From NCBI GenBank assembly GCA_963663385.2, contig CAXXXD010000002.1:384001-448000 (forward strand): a stretch of 64,000 nt of DNA, in the 5' to 3' direction. Numbering within the stretch: position 1 is the first letter of the stretch; every line of letters begins with the position of its first letter. The notes below the pieces were generated by a model that did no database searches, was not told the DNA's origin, and was given only the letters and a program-made list of their open reading frames with translations. Of the stretch, positions 39,553 through 49,154 are shown one piece after another. The translations under genes were made by a program, and so were the position numbers. Origin of the DNA: Oceanispirochaeta sp. Lineage in GTDB: Bacteria > Spirochaetota > Spirochaetia > DSM-2461.

Positions 39553-40468
39553 CCAGAAAGTCCACGCCTTTTATTTCATGTTTATCCTTCAGAATCCTGA
39601 ATTCTTCCTTGAGGATATTTTCCTCTTCTTTGCTGAAGTTGGAAAAAGGACTCCGGCAGTACCCGGCATCAACACCCAGCCAGGAGAGGGCGCGTTTCAT
39701 TATTCCCACATAGTTTTTCTGGGTGGCGTGCATAATGATGATATTGGCTATACGCTGTTTCTCTTCCGCCGTTTTCAGGTCTTTGTTTATCATGGCTCTG
39801 TTGATTGCAATAAACAGTTCCGGCATAAGGTTGTAGAACGATCCGATCAGGCCGTCCGCTCCGAACGAAAGTCCGGACATAGCCATTTCATCGCAGCCGG
39901 AGTAGACAACAAAGTCCTTTCCCAGTTCTTCTTTCATTCTCATTACCTCAAAATGAGAGGTTGCCGTATACTTTACACCGGCGACTCCTTCTATTGTGGC
40001 AAATTTTTTGACCTGCTCAAAGCCGACAAGGCCGGCCAGTGCGATATTGTAAACAATCATGGGAAGGTCTGTAGATTCGGTTATATCCTTGTAATAATGA
40101 AAAATTTCATCAGCATTGAACTTCCAGTAGAAGGGGGGAACCGAAGATATGGCATCCACACCGGCGTCAGCAGCCTGTTTTGCCAGATCGATGGATATTT
40201 TCGTTCCGATAGCTCCCACATGGGCTATAAGGGGAATGCGGCCCTGAACCTGATCCACAACAACCTCTACGACTTTTTTTCTTTCGTCCGGGGTCATCAG
40301 GAAGCCTTCTCCCGTGCTGCCGGTCAGGTAGAGTCCGTCCACGCCTTTATCGAGAAGGTGGTCTACCAGATTCCTCATCCGTTTTTCGTCAAAAATCTCA
40401 TCAATGTCAAAGGGGGTAATCAGGGCGGGAATAACACCCTTGATGTCTTTTACGTTAAATTTAGCCAT
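39542..40468 (-). CDS. nanA: N-acetylneuraminate lyase (DHDPS family)
   Basis: GSTGE, IVYNI, GVKYT Schiff-base Lys, SGCDE (GxDE) and IGSFYN motifs; epimerase and YhcH neighbours. Confidence 0.82.
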   Translation of the reverse strand: MAKFNVKDIKGVIPALITPFDIDEIFDEKRMRNLVDHLLDKGVDGLYLTGSTGEGFLMTPDERKKVVEVVVDQVQGRIPLIAHVGAIGTKISIDLAKQAADAGVDAISSVPPFYWKFNADEIFHYYKDITESTDLPMIVYNIALAGLVGFEQVKKFATIEGVAGVKYTATSHFEVMRMKEELGKDFVVYSGCDEMAMSGLSFGADGLIGSFYNLMPELFIAINRAMINKDLKTAEEKQRIANIIIMHATQKNYVGIMKRALSWLGVDAGYCRSPFSNFSKEEENILKEEFRILKDKHEIKGVDFLDAI

Positions 40469-40479
40469 TCTAAACCTCT

Positions 40480-41490
40480 TTACTCTTTTTTATTATTTAC
40501 AAAATGACAGGCTACGAAGTGTTCTTCATCGTCTGTTCCATGGTTAACCAGTTCCGGTTCTTCGGTTCTGCATTTCTCCTGACAGTAGGGGCAGCGCGGG
40601 TGGAAGGAGCACCCCGAGGGCGGATTTACCGGACTGGGGACATCCCCTTCCAGAATGATCCTTTTCGATTTACGGTCCAGGTCAGCTACGGGGATAGCCG
40701 ATAACAGGGCCTGTGTGTAGGGGTGGAGTTTTCTGCTGTAAAGTTTATCGCTTTCAGAAAGTTCGACAATCTTTCCCAGATACATCACCGCAATCCTGTC
40801 GCTGATATACTCAACCACGCTCAGGTCATGGGTGATAAAGACATAGGTCAGATTCCTTTCCTCTTTCAGTTTTTTCAGAAGTTTGAGAACCTGAGCCTGT
40901 ATGGACACATCCAGAGCGCTTACCGCTTCATCGCAGATAATCAGTTCCGGTTCAATGCTGAGAGCCCGGGCTATTCCGATCCTCTGCCTCTGTCCTCCCG
41001 AAAATTCGTGGGGGTAACGATCCATATACTCCCTTCTCAGGTTTACAGCCTCAAGAAGATCTCCGATGATTTTCCGTCTTTCCTGTCTATCCTTAATCCC
41101 GTATTTTTTCAGAGGATCTTCAAGGGAGCCGAATATGGTAAAAGCCGGGTTGAGGGAGGAGTGGGGATCCTGGAAGACAATCTGAAGTTTTTTACGGAAG
41201 GGGACCATCTCCTGTTCATTGAGCTCTCTCAATTCGGTAACGCCGTTACCGTTATAATAGTTGATCTCTCCCTCGGTAGATCTGACCAGTTTCAGGATGG
41301 ATTTCCCTAAAGTTGTCTTTCCGCAGCCGCTCTCTCCAACGAGTCCCAGGGTTTCCCCTTTATAGATGTCCAGGTTGATACCGTCTACGGCTTTTACATG
41401 CCCGTCCAACTGTTTGAAAACCCCTTTATGAATGGGGAAATAGGTTTTCATGTTTCTCAGGCTGAGGATTACTTCCTTATTTTGAGCCAT
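40480..41490 (-). CDS. Opp/Dpp-type ABC ATPase (OppF-like)
   Basis: GESGCGKTT, FSGGQRQR, HPYTQALL, C-terminal Cys cluster. Confidence 0.94.
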   Translation of the reverse strand: MAQNKEVILSLRNMKTYFPIHKGVFKQLDGHVKAVDGINLDIYKGETLGLVGESGCGKTTLGKSILKLVRSTEGEINYYNGNGVTELRELNEQEMVPFRKKLQIVFQDPHSSLNPAFTIFGSLEDPLKKYGIKDRQERRKIIGDLLEAVNLRREYMDRYPHEFSGGQRQRIGIARALSIEPELIICDEAVSALDVSIQAQVLKLLKKLKEERNLTYVFITHDLSVVEYISDRIAVMYLGKIVELSESDKLYSRKLHPYTQALLSAIPVADLDRKSKRIILEGDVPSPVNPPSGCSFHPRCPYCQEKCRTEEPELVNHGTDDEEHFVACHFVNNKKE

Positions 41491-42490
41491 TTTTCAGTAC
41501 CTCCCTGTAGTGCCAGCACATGACTTTGTGTGAATCACTGATTTCCGCATCCTCCGGACATTCCCGGCACTTTTCAGTGGCATATTCACAGCGGGGATGG
41601 AATTGACAGCCTGCCGGTCTGTCGAAGGGATCCGGCGTAGACCCTTTTATGGGCTCCAGATCCTGATTTTTCCCTTTTCCAAGAACAGGAATGGAGTTGA
41701 GCAGCGCTTTTGTGTAGGGATGTGCCGGGGTTCTGAGGACATCTTCCACTGTGCCGCTTTCCACTATATTGCCCATATACATGACGGCCACGTCATCGGC
41801 CAGTTCCGTTACAACTCCCATATCGTGGGTGATGAGCATAATGGCTGTTTCATGCTCTTTTTTCAGGGTATCCATCAGTTCGAAAATCTGAGCCTGGATT
41901 GTTACATCCAGAGCTGTTGTCGGTTCATCGGCAATCAGTACCTGGGGGTTGCAGGACATGGCCATGGCAATCATGGCCCTCTGCCGCATCCCGCCTGAAA
42001 ACTGATGGGGATACTCCCTGGCTCTCTGTTCGGGAACAGGGATCCCCATATTGCTCAAAAGATCGATTGTTTTCAGGGCGATCTTCCGTGCCGTAAGCTT
42101 TGTATGATACTTCAGGTTTTCTGAAATCTGACTTCCCACGGTGTAAACGGGGTTCAGAGCCGTCATGGGATCCTGAAAAATCATGGCGACTTCTCCGCCA
42201 CGGATGGATCTCATGGTGGGTCCATTCTGTTCCAGCTGATCGATCCGGAGAGTCCCGTGCTGTTTGCTGTAATAGTTGATTTCACCTTCTTCTATCCGGG
42301 ACAGCCGGGGAAGGAGTCCCATAATGGATGCAGCGGTTACGCTTTTTCCGCAGCCGCTTTCTCCCACTATACAGAGGGTTTTACCTTTTTGTACCTTGAA
42401 GGAGACTCCATTTATGGCTTTATTGCATCTCTGGTTCGTATAGAAGAATGTTTTAAGGTTTTTTACTTCAATAATTGTATCGTTGTTCAT
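41477..42490 (-). CDS. Opp/Dpp-type ABC ATPase (OppD-like)
   Basis: [25 protein letters not shown]. Confidence 0.94.
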   Translation of the reverse strand: MNNDTIIEVKNLKTFFYTNQRCNKAINGVSFKVQKGKTLCIVGESGCGKSVTAASIMGLLPRLSRIEEGEINYYSKQHGTLRIDQLEQNGPTMRSIRGGEVAMIFQDPMTALNPVYTVGSQISENLKYHTKLTARKIALKTIDLLSNMGIPVPEQRAREYPHQFSGGMRQRAMIAMAMSCNPQVLIADEPTTALDVTIQAQIFELMDTLKKEHETAIMLITHDMGVVTELADDVAVMYMGNIVESGTVEDVLRTPAHPYTKALLNSIPVLGKGKNQDLEPIKGSTPDPFDRPAGCQFHPRCEYATEKCRECPEDAEISDSHKVMCWHYREVLKNGSK

Positions 42491-42499
42491 ATCGATTTC

Positions 42500-43429
42500 C
42501 TATCCCTGCTGCGACGGATCGGTAGAATCCCTCAGCCCGTCCCCGATAAAGTTCACACTGAGTACAAAAAGGGAGATCACAGTACCTACGGGGAGCCACA
42601 TCCACCAGCTTTCCTGAAGAATCCTCAGCTCCTGTGCGGCGTTGAGGATATTTCCCCAGGTGGCAATATTCAGGGGAACTCCCAGGCCGAGAAAGCTTAA
42701 AGCCGCTTCCTGCAGGATAAACATGGCCGTACTCAGGGTAATATTGACCATAATGGGACCCAGGGCATTGGGGAGTATATGCTTGTAGCAGATGGTGAAT
42801 GTATTCAGTCCGAAAGCCTTGAGAGCCTGAACATACTCTTCCTCTCTCAGGCTGAGCATTCTGGCCCGGGCCATCCTGTACATGGGACCCCAGCCGGTTA
42901 TGATAAAAATAATCATCAGGTTCATCAGGCTCTGCCCCAGTATGGAAACAAGCAGCAGAACCAGAATTATCTGGGGAAAGGCCATGAATATTTCGGAAAT
43001 TCTCAAAAATATTCCGTCTGTCAGACCGCCTCTGTATCCGGCATAACAGCCGATTCCCACACCGATCACTGCAGCTCCCAGGGCGCTGCCCAGACCGACG
43101 AGGATGGATACTCTTCCTCCAAAAACAATACGGGCGAAAACATCCCGCCCAACCCGGTCCGTACCCAGGATATGATCGGCCGACGGGGCTGTCAGTACGG
43201 TCCGAAGGTCTATCATCAGGGGGTCGTACCGGCAGATAAGGGGGGCAAAAACCGATGACAGAACAATCAGTGTAAAAATCACAAGACCTGCCACGGCCAG
43301 TTTGTTATTCAGCAGTTTGCGAAGCTGTCGGTTCATATTGCTTTTTTTAATTAATCCGGCTTCTTCCTTTGCCCGTATCTTGTCAAAACTCCTGTCGAGT
43401 TTTGTTTTTTTCTTTTTGGTTTTTTCCAT
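42500..43429 (-). CDS. Opp/Dpp-type ABC permease (OppC-like)
   Basis: HILGTDRVGRD, HILPN, LSFLGLG, GDGLRD. Confidence 0.93.
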   Translation of the reverse strand: MEKTKKKKTKLDRSFDKIRAKEEAGLIKKSNMNRQLRKLLNNKLAVAGLVIFTLIVLSSVFAPLICRYDPLMIDLRTVLTAPSADHILGTDRVGRDVFARIVFGGRVSILVGLGSALGAAVIGVGIGCYAGYRGGLTDGIFLRISEIFMAFPQIILVLLLVSILGQSLMNLMIIFIITGWGPMYRMARARMLSLREEEYVQALKAFGLNTFTICYKHILPNALGPIMVNITLSTAMFILQEAALSFLGLGVPLNIATWGNILNAAQELRILQESWWMWLPVGTVISLFVLSVNFIGDGLRDSTDPSQQG

Positions 43430-43437
43430 TTCAATAC

Positions 43438-44397
43438 CTAACTCAATTTAACCCGGGGGTCCATTACTGCCGTCAGGATGTCTACCAGGAAACTGGCAAT
43501 CAGAACAGCAAAGACGGAAAACAGGGCAATCATCATAACCAGGGGAAAATTCTGTCCCCTTACGGCCGTAATAAACTCATTACCGATTCCGGGCCACTGG
43601 AAGATCTGTTCGATCACTACCGCTCCTCCTATCAGGGTGGGAAGTCTGAACCCAACCAGAACGATGACGGGAGTCAGGGCTACCCTGAATCCGTGGACAA
43701 GGTTTACCCGCCATTCGGGAAGCCCCTTGCTCCGGGCTGTTTTTATATACTCCTTATTCATGGAGTCGAGCATGCTGGACCGTGAATAGCGCATGACACC
43801 TGCTGTCATGGTCGCTGCCAGAACAAGGGATGGCATAATTACATGGGGGAAACGGTCCCAGTAGGTTACATACTCCGGCATAAGGCGTCCTCCTACAGGG
43901 AGCCATTTAAGTTTCAGAGCAAAAATCAGAATTGCCACCAGTCCGAAAAAGAACTGGGGGATGGAGACGCCGAGCATTCCCACTACGGTCAGGGCATTAT
44001 CGGCAAATGATCCCTTCTTCACGGCGCTGAAAAACCCCAGAATACTTCCTAAAATCGTTGAAAGGATCAGGGCTATTGCCGAAAGTTCCAGTGTGGCAGG
44101 GAGACGGTCAAACACGATATCCCTTATGGGAACGCCGCTTGAGAGGCTGTATCCGAAGTTGCCCTGCAGAACGCCTCCAAGCCATTTAAGATACCTGATA
44201 ACAAATGGATCATTCAGACCAAGAGACTCTCTGAGGGCATCCATTTTTTCCGGAGTCAATTCGGCTGCTGCTTCAGGATCAATCATGTAGGAAACAGCGT
44301 CTCCCGGCATCAGTTCCAATCCTGAATAGATCATAAAGCTGATAATGATCAGCATGGGAATCAGAATAAAAAGTCTTCTGATAGTGTAAGACAACAT
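43438..44397 (-). CDS. Opp/Dpp-type ABC permease (OppB-like)
   Basis: RLPATLEL, YIKTARSKGL, EQIFQWPGIG, DPRV; ATG at 44397 follows AAGGAG. Confidence 0.93.
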   Translation of the reverse strand: MLSYTIRRLFILIPMLIIISFMIYSGLELMPGDAVSYMIDPEAAAELTPEKMDALRESLGLNDPFVIRYLKWLGGVLQGNFGYSLSSGVPIRDIVFDRLPATLELSAIALILSTILGSILGFFSAVKKGSFADNALTVVGMLGVSIPQFFFGLVAILIFALKLKWLPVGGRLMPEYVTYWDRFPHVIMPSLVLAATMTAGVMRYSRSSMLDSMNKEYIKTARSKGLPEWRVNLVHGFRVALTPVIVLVGFRLPTLIGGAVVIEQIFQWPGIGNEFITAVRGQNFPLVMMIALFSVFAVLIASFLVDILTAVMDPRVKLS

Positions 44398-44481
44398 GTA
44401 TATTACTCCTTTCGGTCTATACATCTTTAAAGGGGGCAGGACTGTTCCTGCCCCATCGTTTTTTAATTGATTCCTGCTACC

Positions 44482-46143
44482 TCAGGGCTTGGGGAACTTG
44501 TTGACATAGAAAAGTCTGGTATAGGGAATATCCACGGGCCGGACAATCATATGGTCCATTGCTTCAAGGGATTTGACATCCGCCACACTTTTGGTAAAAC
44601 CGTAATCCAGTTTTCCCGCAGAGGCGTTCTTGATAACATTGGCATCATTCTCTCCGCTGGGGTACATGACGATCTCATCAATTTTGGCTACTCCTCCGTA
44701 ATAGGATTCAAAGGGAACCGCAACGGTATAGTCGTTCATTTCAATTTTTTCCAGTTTGAACGGGCCGCTTCCTACCGGGTGCTGCCAGAAGGGGTTCTGC
44801 TGAAACTGCAGAGGATCGGAGCCTTCGAAGTACTTCCGGGGAAGGGGAGGAAACTGGGAGAACGTCAGCATCATGTTGGGATCCAGGGTTTCAAAATTAA
44901 TGGTGATGTTCTTTCCGTCGATTACGATACCGCTGATACCGTCTGCGCTTCCTTCAATGAAAGCCCGGGCTCCCTTGATTGCCTTGAAGGTCGCAGAGAA
45001 AACAGAGTGTATGGCAGGTATTTTCAGGGCATATTCAATGCTCCATTTTACATCGTCAGCCGTAATAACGGACCCGTCATGCCATTTGGCATCATTCAGG
45101 GTGAAAGATATGCTCATGCTGTCGCTGGAAATGGAGTAGTCTGAAGCGAGCAGGCCCTTTTTGGCGATTAGAGATTCGTCTGCAGCGATCAGGCTGTCAA
45201 AAAGAACCTTGTTGTACATGAAAATACCGGGGTTGAACCAGGGGTGTTCAAAAAACTCGACAGGCGCCGTATTGGTATAGAGTATCTGCTTGCCCTTGGA
45301 ATCGGGAGTGACAGTCCAGTTCAGGATATTCCAGTCGTATTTATACTGGGCATTTCCGTATCCTCCTCCGTTTCTGTTCAGCCGGTCGCTTTCATAGATA
45401 AAAAGCTGCTGATAGTAGAGGGGTATGGTGGGGAGAATCCCGTTCAGGTATTTCTGCAGTTCGTAGAATGCTTTCTGCTGTTCGGAAACATTGGCTGTCG
45501 CCTGGGTGGCCGCAACCAGCCGGTCAATTTCCGGATCACCGGGGGTATGGGAGTTTCCCGGTCCGCCGGTTGTGAGTCTGTTATAGTACTCATGCATGGC
45601 CAGGGCGGCAATTCCCGCGTAAGCCATATCCCATTTTACGTAGGAAGGACCGGCTACGGGGTCGGAGGGGAGGGTCCATAACTGTTCTCCCAGGTCGCCT
45701 TCAAGCTTTCTGAACTGCATGTCAATGCCGACGGCTGCCAGGTAAGCCTGAGACGCTGTCATAATATCAACGGTTGACTGGTCGCCGTAGTAGTAGACAA
45801 CATCCAGGGTATAGTTTGAATCCCATTTGGCTTCTTTCAGAAGTTTCTTTGCCATATCCGGATCATAGGTGTAGGCGTTCAGCCCCGGTGTTTTCCAGGG
45901 GCCGTTGGGAGTCAGGCTGTCGGCAGCAATAGCTTTGCCTTCCAGGAGGGTTTCTGCAATTCTGTCCATATCTATGGCATAGGCAATAGCCTGCCGGACC
46001 CTGTAATCGGAAAGAGGATTACTGTTCAATCCCTCAATTTGAGTTTCCGATCCTGTTTCTGCTTCCTGCTGTCCTCCTGCCCACATGGTCATGGACATAG
46101 TCAGAAAAAGGCATGAGATCACGAAAAATCCAAGTTTTCTCAT
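44482..46143 (-). CDS. Family-5 ABC solute-binding protein, circularly permuted
   Basis: Family-5 motifs present but rotated: VRQAIAYAID and YDPDMAKKLLKEA come before KWHDG..TADDV and PVGSGPFK. Confidence 0.85.
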   Translation of the reverse strand: MRKLGFFVISCLFLTMSMTMWAGGQQEAETGSETQIEGLNSNPLSDYRVRQAIAYAIDMDRIAETLLEGKAIAADSLTPNGPWKTPGLNAYTYDPDMAKKLLKEAKWDSNYTLDVVYYYGDQSTVDIMTASQAYLAAVGIDMQFRKLEGDLGEQLWTLPSDPVAGPSYVKWDMAYAGIAALAMHEYYNRLTTGGPGNSHTPGDPEIDRLVAATQATANVSEQQKAFYELQKYLNGILPTIPLYYQQLFIYESDRLNRNGGGYGNAQYKYDWNILNWTVTPDSKGKQILYTNTAPVEFFEHPWFNPGIFMYNKVLFDSLIAADESLIAKKGLLASDYSISSDSMSISFTLNDAKWHDGSVITADDVKWSIEYALKIPAIHSVFSATFKAIKGARAFIEGSADGISGIVIDGKNITINFETLDPNMMLTFSQFPPLPRKYFEGSDPLQFQQNPFWQHPVGSGPFKLEKIEMNDYTVAVPFESYYGGVAKIDEIVMYPSGENDANVIKNASAGKLDYGFTKSVADVKSLEAMDHMIVRPVDIPYTRLFYVNKFPKP

Positions 46144-46223
46144 TTGATTTCTCCTTGTATTAAATTGTTGTTTTTGGTACGGCAGATTTCAACTGTTACT
46201 GCCATCAGTCTATAATTCTATTA

Positions 46224-46283
46224 TTGCATACAAATGTATACTGTCAAGAAAAAACTTGATAAATTTAATTTGTAGGTATACAA
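46224..46283. promoter_or_regulatory. Candidate GntR/FadR operators in the divergent promoter region
   Basis: TTGCATACAA-A-TGTATACT (46224-46242) and TGTAGGTATACAA (46271-46283), GTATAC-type boxes. Confidence 0.55.
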
Positions 46284-46308
46284 TGAGTAATAAAATAGTT
46301 AAAAGGTC

Positions 46309-46995
46309 TTGAAAATGGAAAAAGAAAAGGCATCGGTAAAATCCTCATACGAAAAAATGAAAGAACTGATTCTTCATGGAAATATAGAACCGGGGCTGAG
46401 GCTGACGGAGGCGTATCTGGCTGAAAAACTGGATATGTCAAGAATCCCCGTAAGGGAAGCGGTTCAGCAGCTGGTGCAGGAAGGTTTTGTCGAGAGAACC
46501 GGAAAGAACGGTTATCAGATTAAAGAGTATAATGAACAGGATATTATTGACCTTTATAATTACAGAGAAGCTCTGGACGGGATGCTGAGCCGTTTATACA
46601 CACAAAGGGTCGATACGTCCCAGCTGTATTACCTTGAGATGAATGTTGAGGCGATGGAAGAGCACTTTAACAATTTCAATCATGAGATTTTTTCCCAGAT
46701 AGACCTTGAATTCCACAGGATTATCGCCCGGGGTGCCAGAAACCAGTATATGGAGCATCAGCATGAAATCATACTGGAGAAGGTTCTCTATGTGGCGGAT
46801 AAAATCTATCGGATTGATGAGACCAAACACACGGATCTGCTGAATGAAGAAACATACAGAGAGACACTCCAGCAGCATATAGCCATTTTTCAGGCTATCA
46901 AAGAGAAAAACCCCGATAAGGCTGAAGCTGCTGCAAGGGATTCGGTTAACAAAGGTCTGAAGAAAGCTCTGCAGGTCCTTTCGAGAAGGCATTAG
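46309..46995 (+). CDS. GntR-family (FCD) regulator of the nan operon
   Basis: PGLRLTEAYLAEKLDMSRIPVREA wHTH; DLEFH..I...ARN and QH..I FCD motifs. Confidence 0.92.
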   Translation: MKMEKEKASVKSSYEKMKELILHGNIEPGLRLTEAYLAEKLDMSRIPVREAVQQLVQEGFVERTGKNGYQIKEYNEQDIIDLYNYREALDGMLSRLYTQRVDTSQLYYLEMNVEAMEEHFNNFNHEIFSQIDLEFHRIIARGARNQYMEHQHEIILEKVLYVADKIYRIDETKHTDLLNEETYRETLQQHIAIFQAIKEKNPDKAEAAARDSVNKGLKKALQVLSRRH

Positions 46996-47017
46996 ACTGC
47001 CATAATGTAACCTGATT

Positions 47018-48151
47018 CTACTCCCGGATGGTTTGAACCATTTTTCTGTAATTTTCCAGAGGCATGGTCGGCGGTATGGAGTGATCCGTATGGCAGATCC
47101 ACCCTCCGTCGGAAAAGGCTTCCTTCCGGCTGATCAGCTCCTTTTCCAGAACCGCCCAGTTGCCGTCCAGGATATGGGCATCGATATTTCCGTAAAAAGC
47201 CAGGCGTCCCCTGTAGCGTTCTTTCATCTCCCGGATATCCATACGGGCGGAAACCTGCAGGGGATTCATAACCCTGACGCCGCACTCTATCAGATCTTCG
47301 TATATCAGTTCCGCATTACCGCAGGAGTGCATCCAGAAATCGATGTCATGTTTTTTCAGAAAGCGTCCCAGTTCCTTCACCATATCCTTATAGGTATCCC
47401 GCCACATACCGGGAGACATAAGGGGTCCCGTACTGCCGCCCAGGTCATCCACCATCAGGTAGCCGTCGGGGATCATGCCTTCTGCCAGGCATCTTTCCAG
47501 AACTTTTACTGTCAGCTCAAAATGGGTTCGGCCCATATCCTTAACCCATTCCGGTTCCAGTGCTATATCCATCAGAAGACTGGCAAAATCCCTGTGCCGC
47601 CAGGTTGCTTCCCAGGGGCCGTAATTTTTAAAGAGAATATAGCGTTCGTTGCTCCTCATTACATCATACTTCCGCTTTGCATCGGCCCATGAGGGGTACG
47701 CATCAAAATGTTCAAAATAGTTGGCATCGTCAATTCTGGCCGGTTCATCAGGGTTGTCCGAAAGTTCCCACAGCTTTTTGTCCCGTTCCCATGCCTCCCT
47801 GTCTGTTGTTTTCACAGACACATAGTGGATAGAACCCGATTTTTTCCAGGGTTTTTCGGCAGTATACCCGTAACGGTCCTCGTATATATAATTCTCTCCT
47901 GAACGGGACAGGATCTTCTGTTCGTACCGGGGAGAGCAGTCAAGGTACATTACGGCAATATCCAGGTTAAAATATTCATCAATGGACTGGCTCATTTTAT
48001 CATCCGGATGGGGCGGATAGAGTGTGATATTTCCGGGAAAACCCTGTTCCCGCCAGCTGGCCGGTGTATCCGTCCAGAAATCTTCATGAAGGGGAATTCT
48101 GTCCGGTTTCTGCCAGTTTATGGCCGCTTTAACTCTTTCCCTCGATGTCAT
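47018..48151 (-). CDS. Uroporphyrinogen-decarboxylase/MtaA-CmuA superfamily protein
   Basis: MTSRERV...PDRIP, DDLG....PLMSP, HSCG, NPLQ, FYGNID, DHSIPP. Confidence 0.85.
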   Translation of the reverse strand: MTSRERVKAAINWQKPDRIPLHEDFWTDTPASWREQGFPGNITLYPPHPDDKMSQSIDEYFNLDIAVMYLDCSPRYEQKILSRSGENYIYEDRYGYTAEKPWKKSGSIHYVSVKTTDREAWERDKKLWELSDNPDEPARIDDANYFEHFDAYPSWADAKRKYDVMRSNERYILFKNYGPWEATWRHRDFASLLMDIALEPEWVKDMGRTHFELTVKVLERCLAEGMIPDGYLMVDDLGGSTGPLMSPGMWRDTYKDMVKELGRFLKKHDIDFWMHSCGNAELIYEDLIECGVRVMNPLQVSARMDIREMKERYRGRLAFYGNIDAHILDGNWAVLEKELISRKEAFSDGGWICHTDHSIPPTMPLENYRKMVQTIRE

Positions 48152-48318
48152 TTTTACCTCCGCAAGATATGTTTTGGATATTAGTACTATCTCACGGATT
48201 ACTGCCGCCTGGTTTGTTATTAATTACCATTATCGCCTTTTTTATGCCATATAGTTCAATATTGTATAATTTCTATTGCCATTATAGTGCTTTCTGTTTA
48301 GGCTTTCCAGAAAGCCAT

Positions 48319-49089
48319 ATGACCAGTTTCAGCAGTATTGTCAGTAAATACGGAAGTTTTCCCGTCCGACACTCCTCCGGATTGATCCGGTGGCCCCATT
48401 GGGATCTATTCCACCTGCATCAGGGGGTGCTTTCAATCGGGTTTGTGAACAGAACCATTGAAGTCACCCGGTCCCAATCCGTGCTTATTCCTCCCGGAAC
48501 AGCTTTCCGGATAGTCAACACCGGCCCGGTGGCAACCGCTTCTGTTCAATACTTTGTTCCCGTACCCGGATCCGCCTTTTCCTCTTCACTTTCCCGCATC
48601 CTTAATCCTTTTCACTATGCAGCTGTAAACAGTCAGATCGAAGCTCATATCAATGAGCTGCTGGAAAACGGTTCCTCCCGTGACAGGCCTGGCAGAAAGG
48701 AGGATCTGCTTCTGGAACTGATTATAGAAAAAATCTTGATCTACCGGTCCGGTAAGGAGAAAACTGTTCCCTGGAAAAGCATGATCCGGGTGTTCAGGTC
48801 ACGGCTTGAGAATCCGCCTTCCATTGAAGAACTGGCCCATTGGGCCGGATATTCTCCCAGCCGGTTCAGGGCGGTCTTTCAGAATGATACGGGTCTGTCT
48901 CCTGCTGTGTTTTTTCAAAAAATAAAAATGGAAAGCGCCTCTGCCATGCTTGCGGAGACAACTCTTCCCGTTAAGGATATCGCCGGTAAACACGGGTATA
49001 AAGAGGTTTCTCATTTTAACAGGGCTTTTACAAAACACTTCGGGATTCCCCCTGGAAGGTACAGAAGGATGAATTTGTTTCAGGGCTAG
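48319..49089 (+). CDS. AraC-family regulator (cupin plus HTH)
   Basis: C-terminal AraC HTH (IEELAHWAGYSPSRF...HFNRAFTKHFGIPPGRYR); start placed at ATG 48319. Confidence 0.85.
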   Translation: MTSFSSIVSKYGSFPVRHSSGLIRWPHWDLFHLHQGVLSIGFVNRTIEVTRSQSVLIPPGTAFRIVNTGPVATASVQYFVPVPGSAFSSSLSRILNPFHYAAVNSQIEAHINELLENGSSRDRPGRKEDLLLELIIEKILIYRSGKEKTVPWKSMIRVFRSRLENPPSIEELAHWAGYSPSRFRAVFQNDTGLSPAVFFQKIKMESASAMLAETTLPVKDIAGKHGYKEVSHFNRAFTKHFGIPPGRYRRMNLFQG

Positions 49090-49099
49090 GTTCAGACCC

Positions 49100-49132
49100 A
49101 AAAAAAACGGAGAGGAATAAACCTCTCCGTTA
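49100..49132. terminator. Intrinsic terminator between convergent araC and cdr genes
   Basis: A-run plus AACGGAGAGG-aataaa-CCTCTCCGTT. Confidence 0.75.
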
Positions 49133-49154
49133 ATCAAAATCATTATTTATAATT

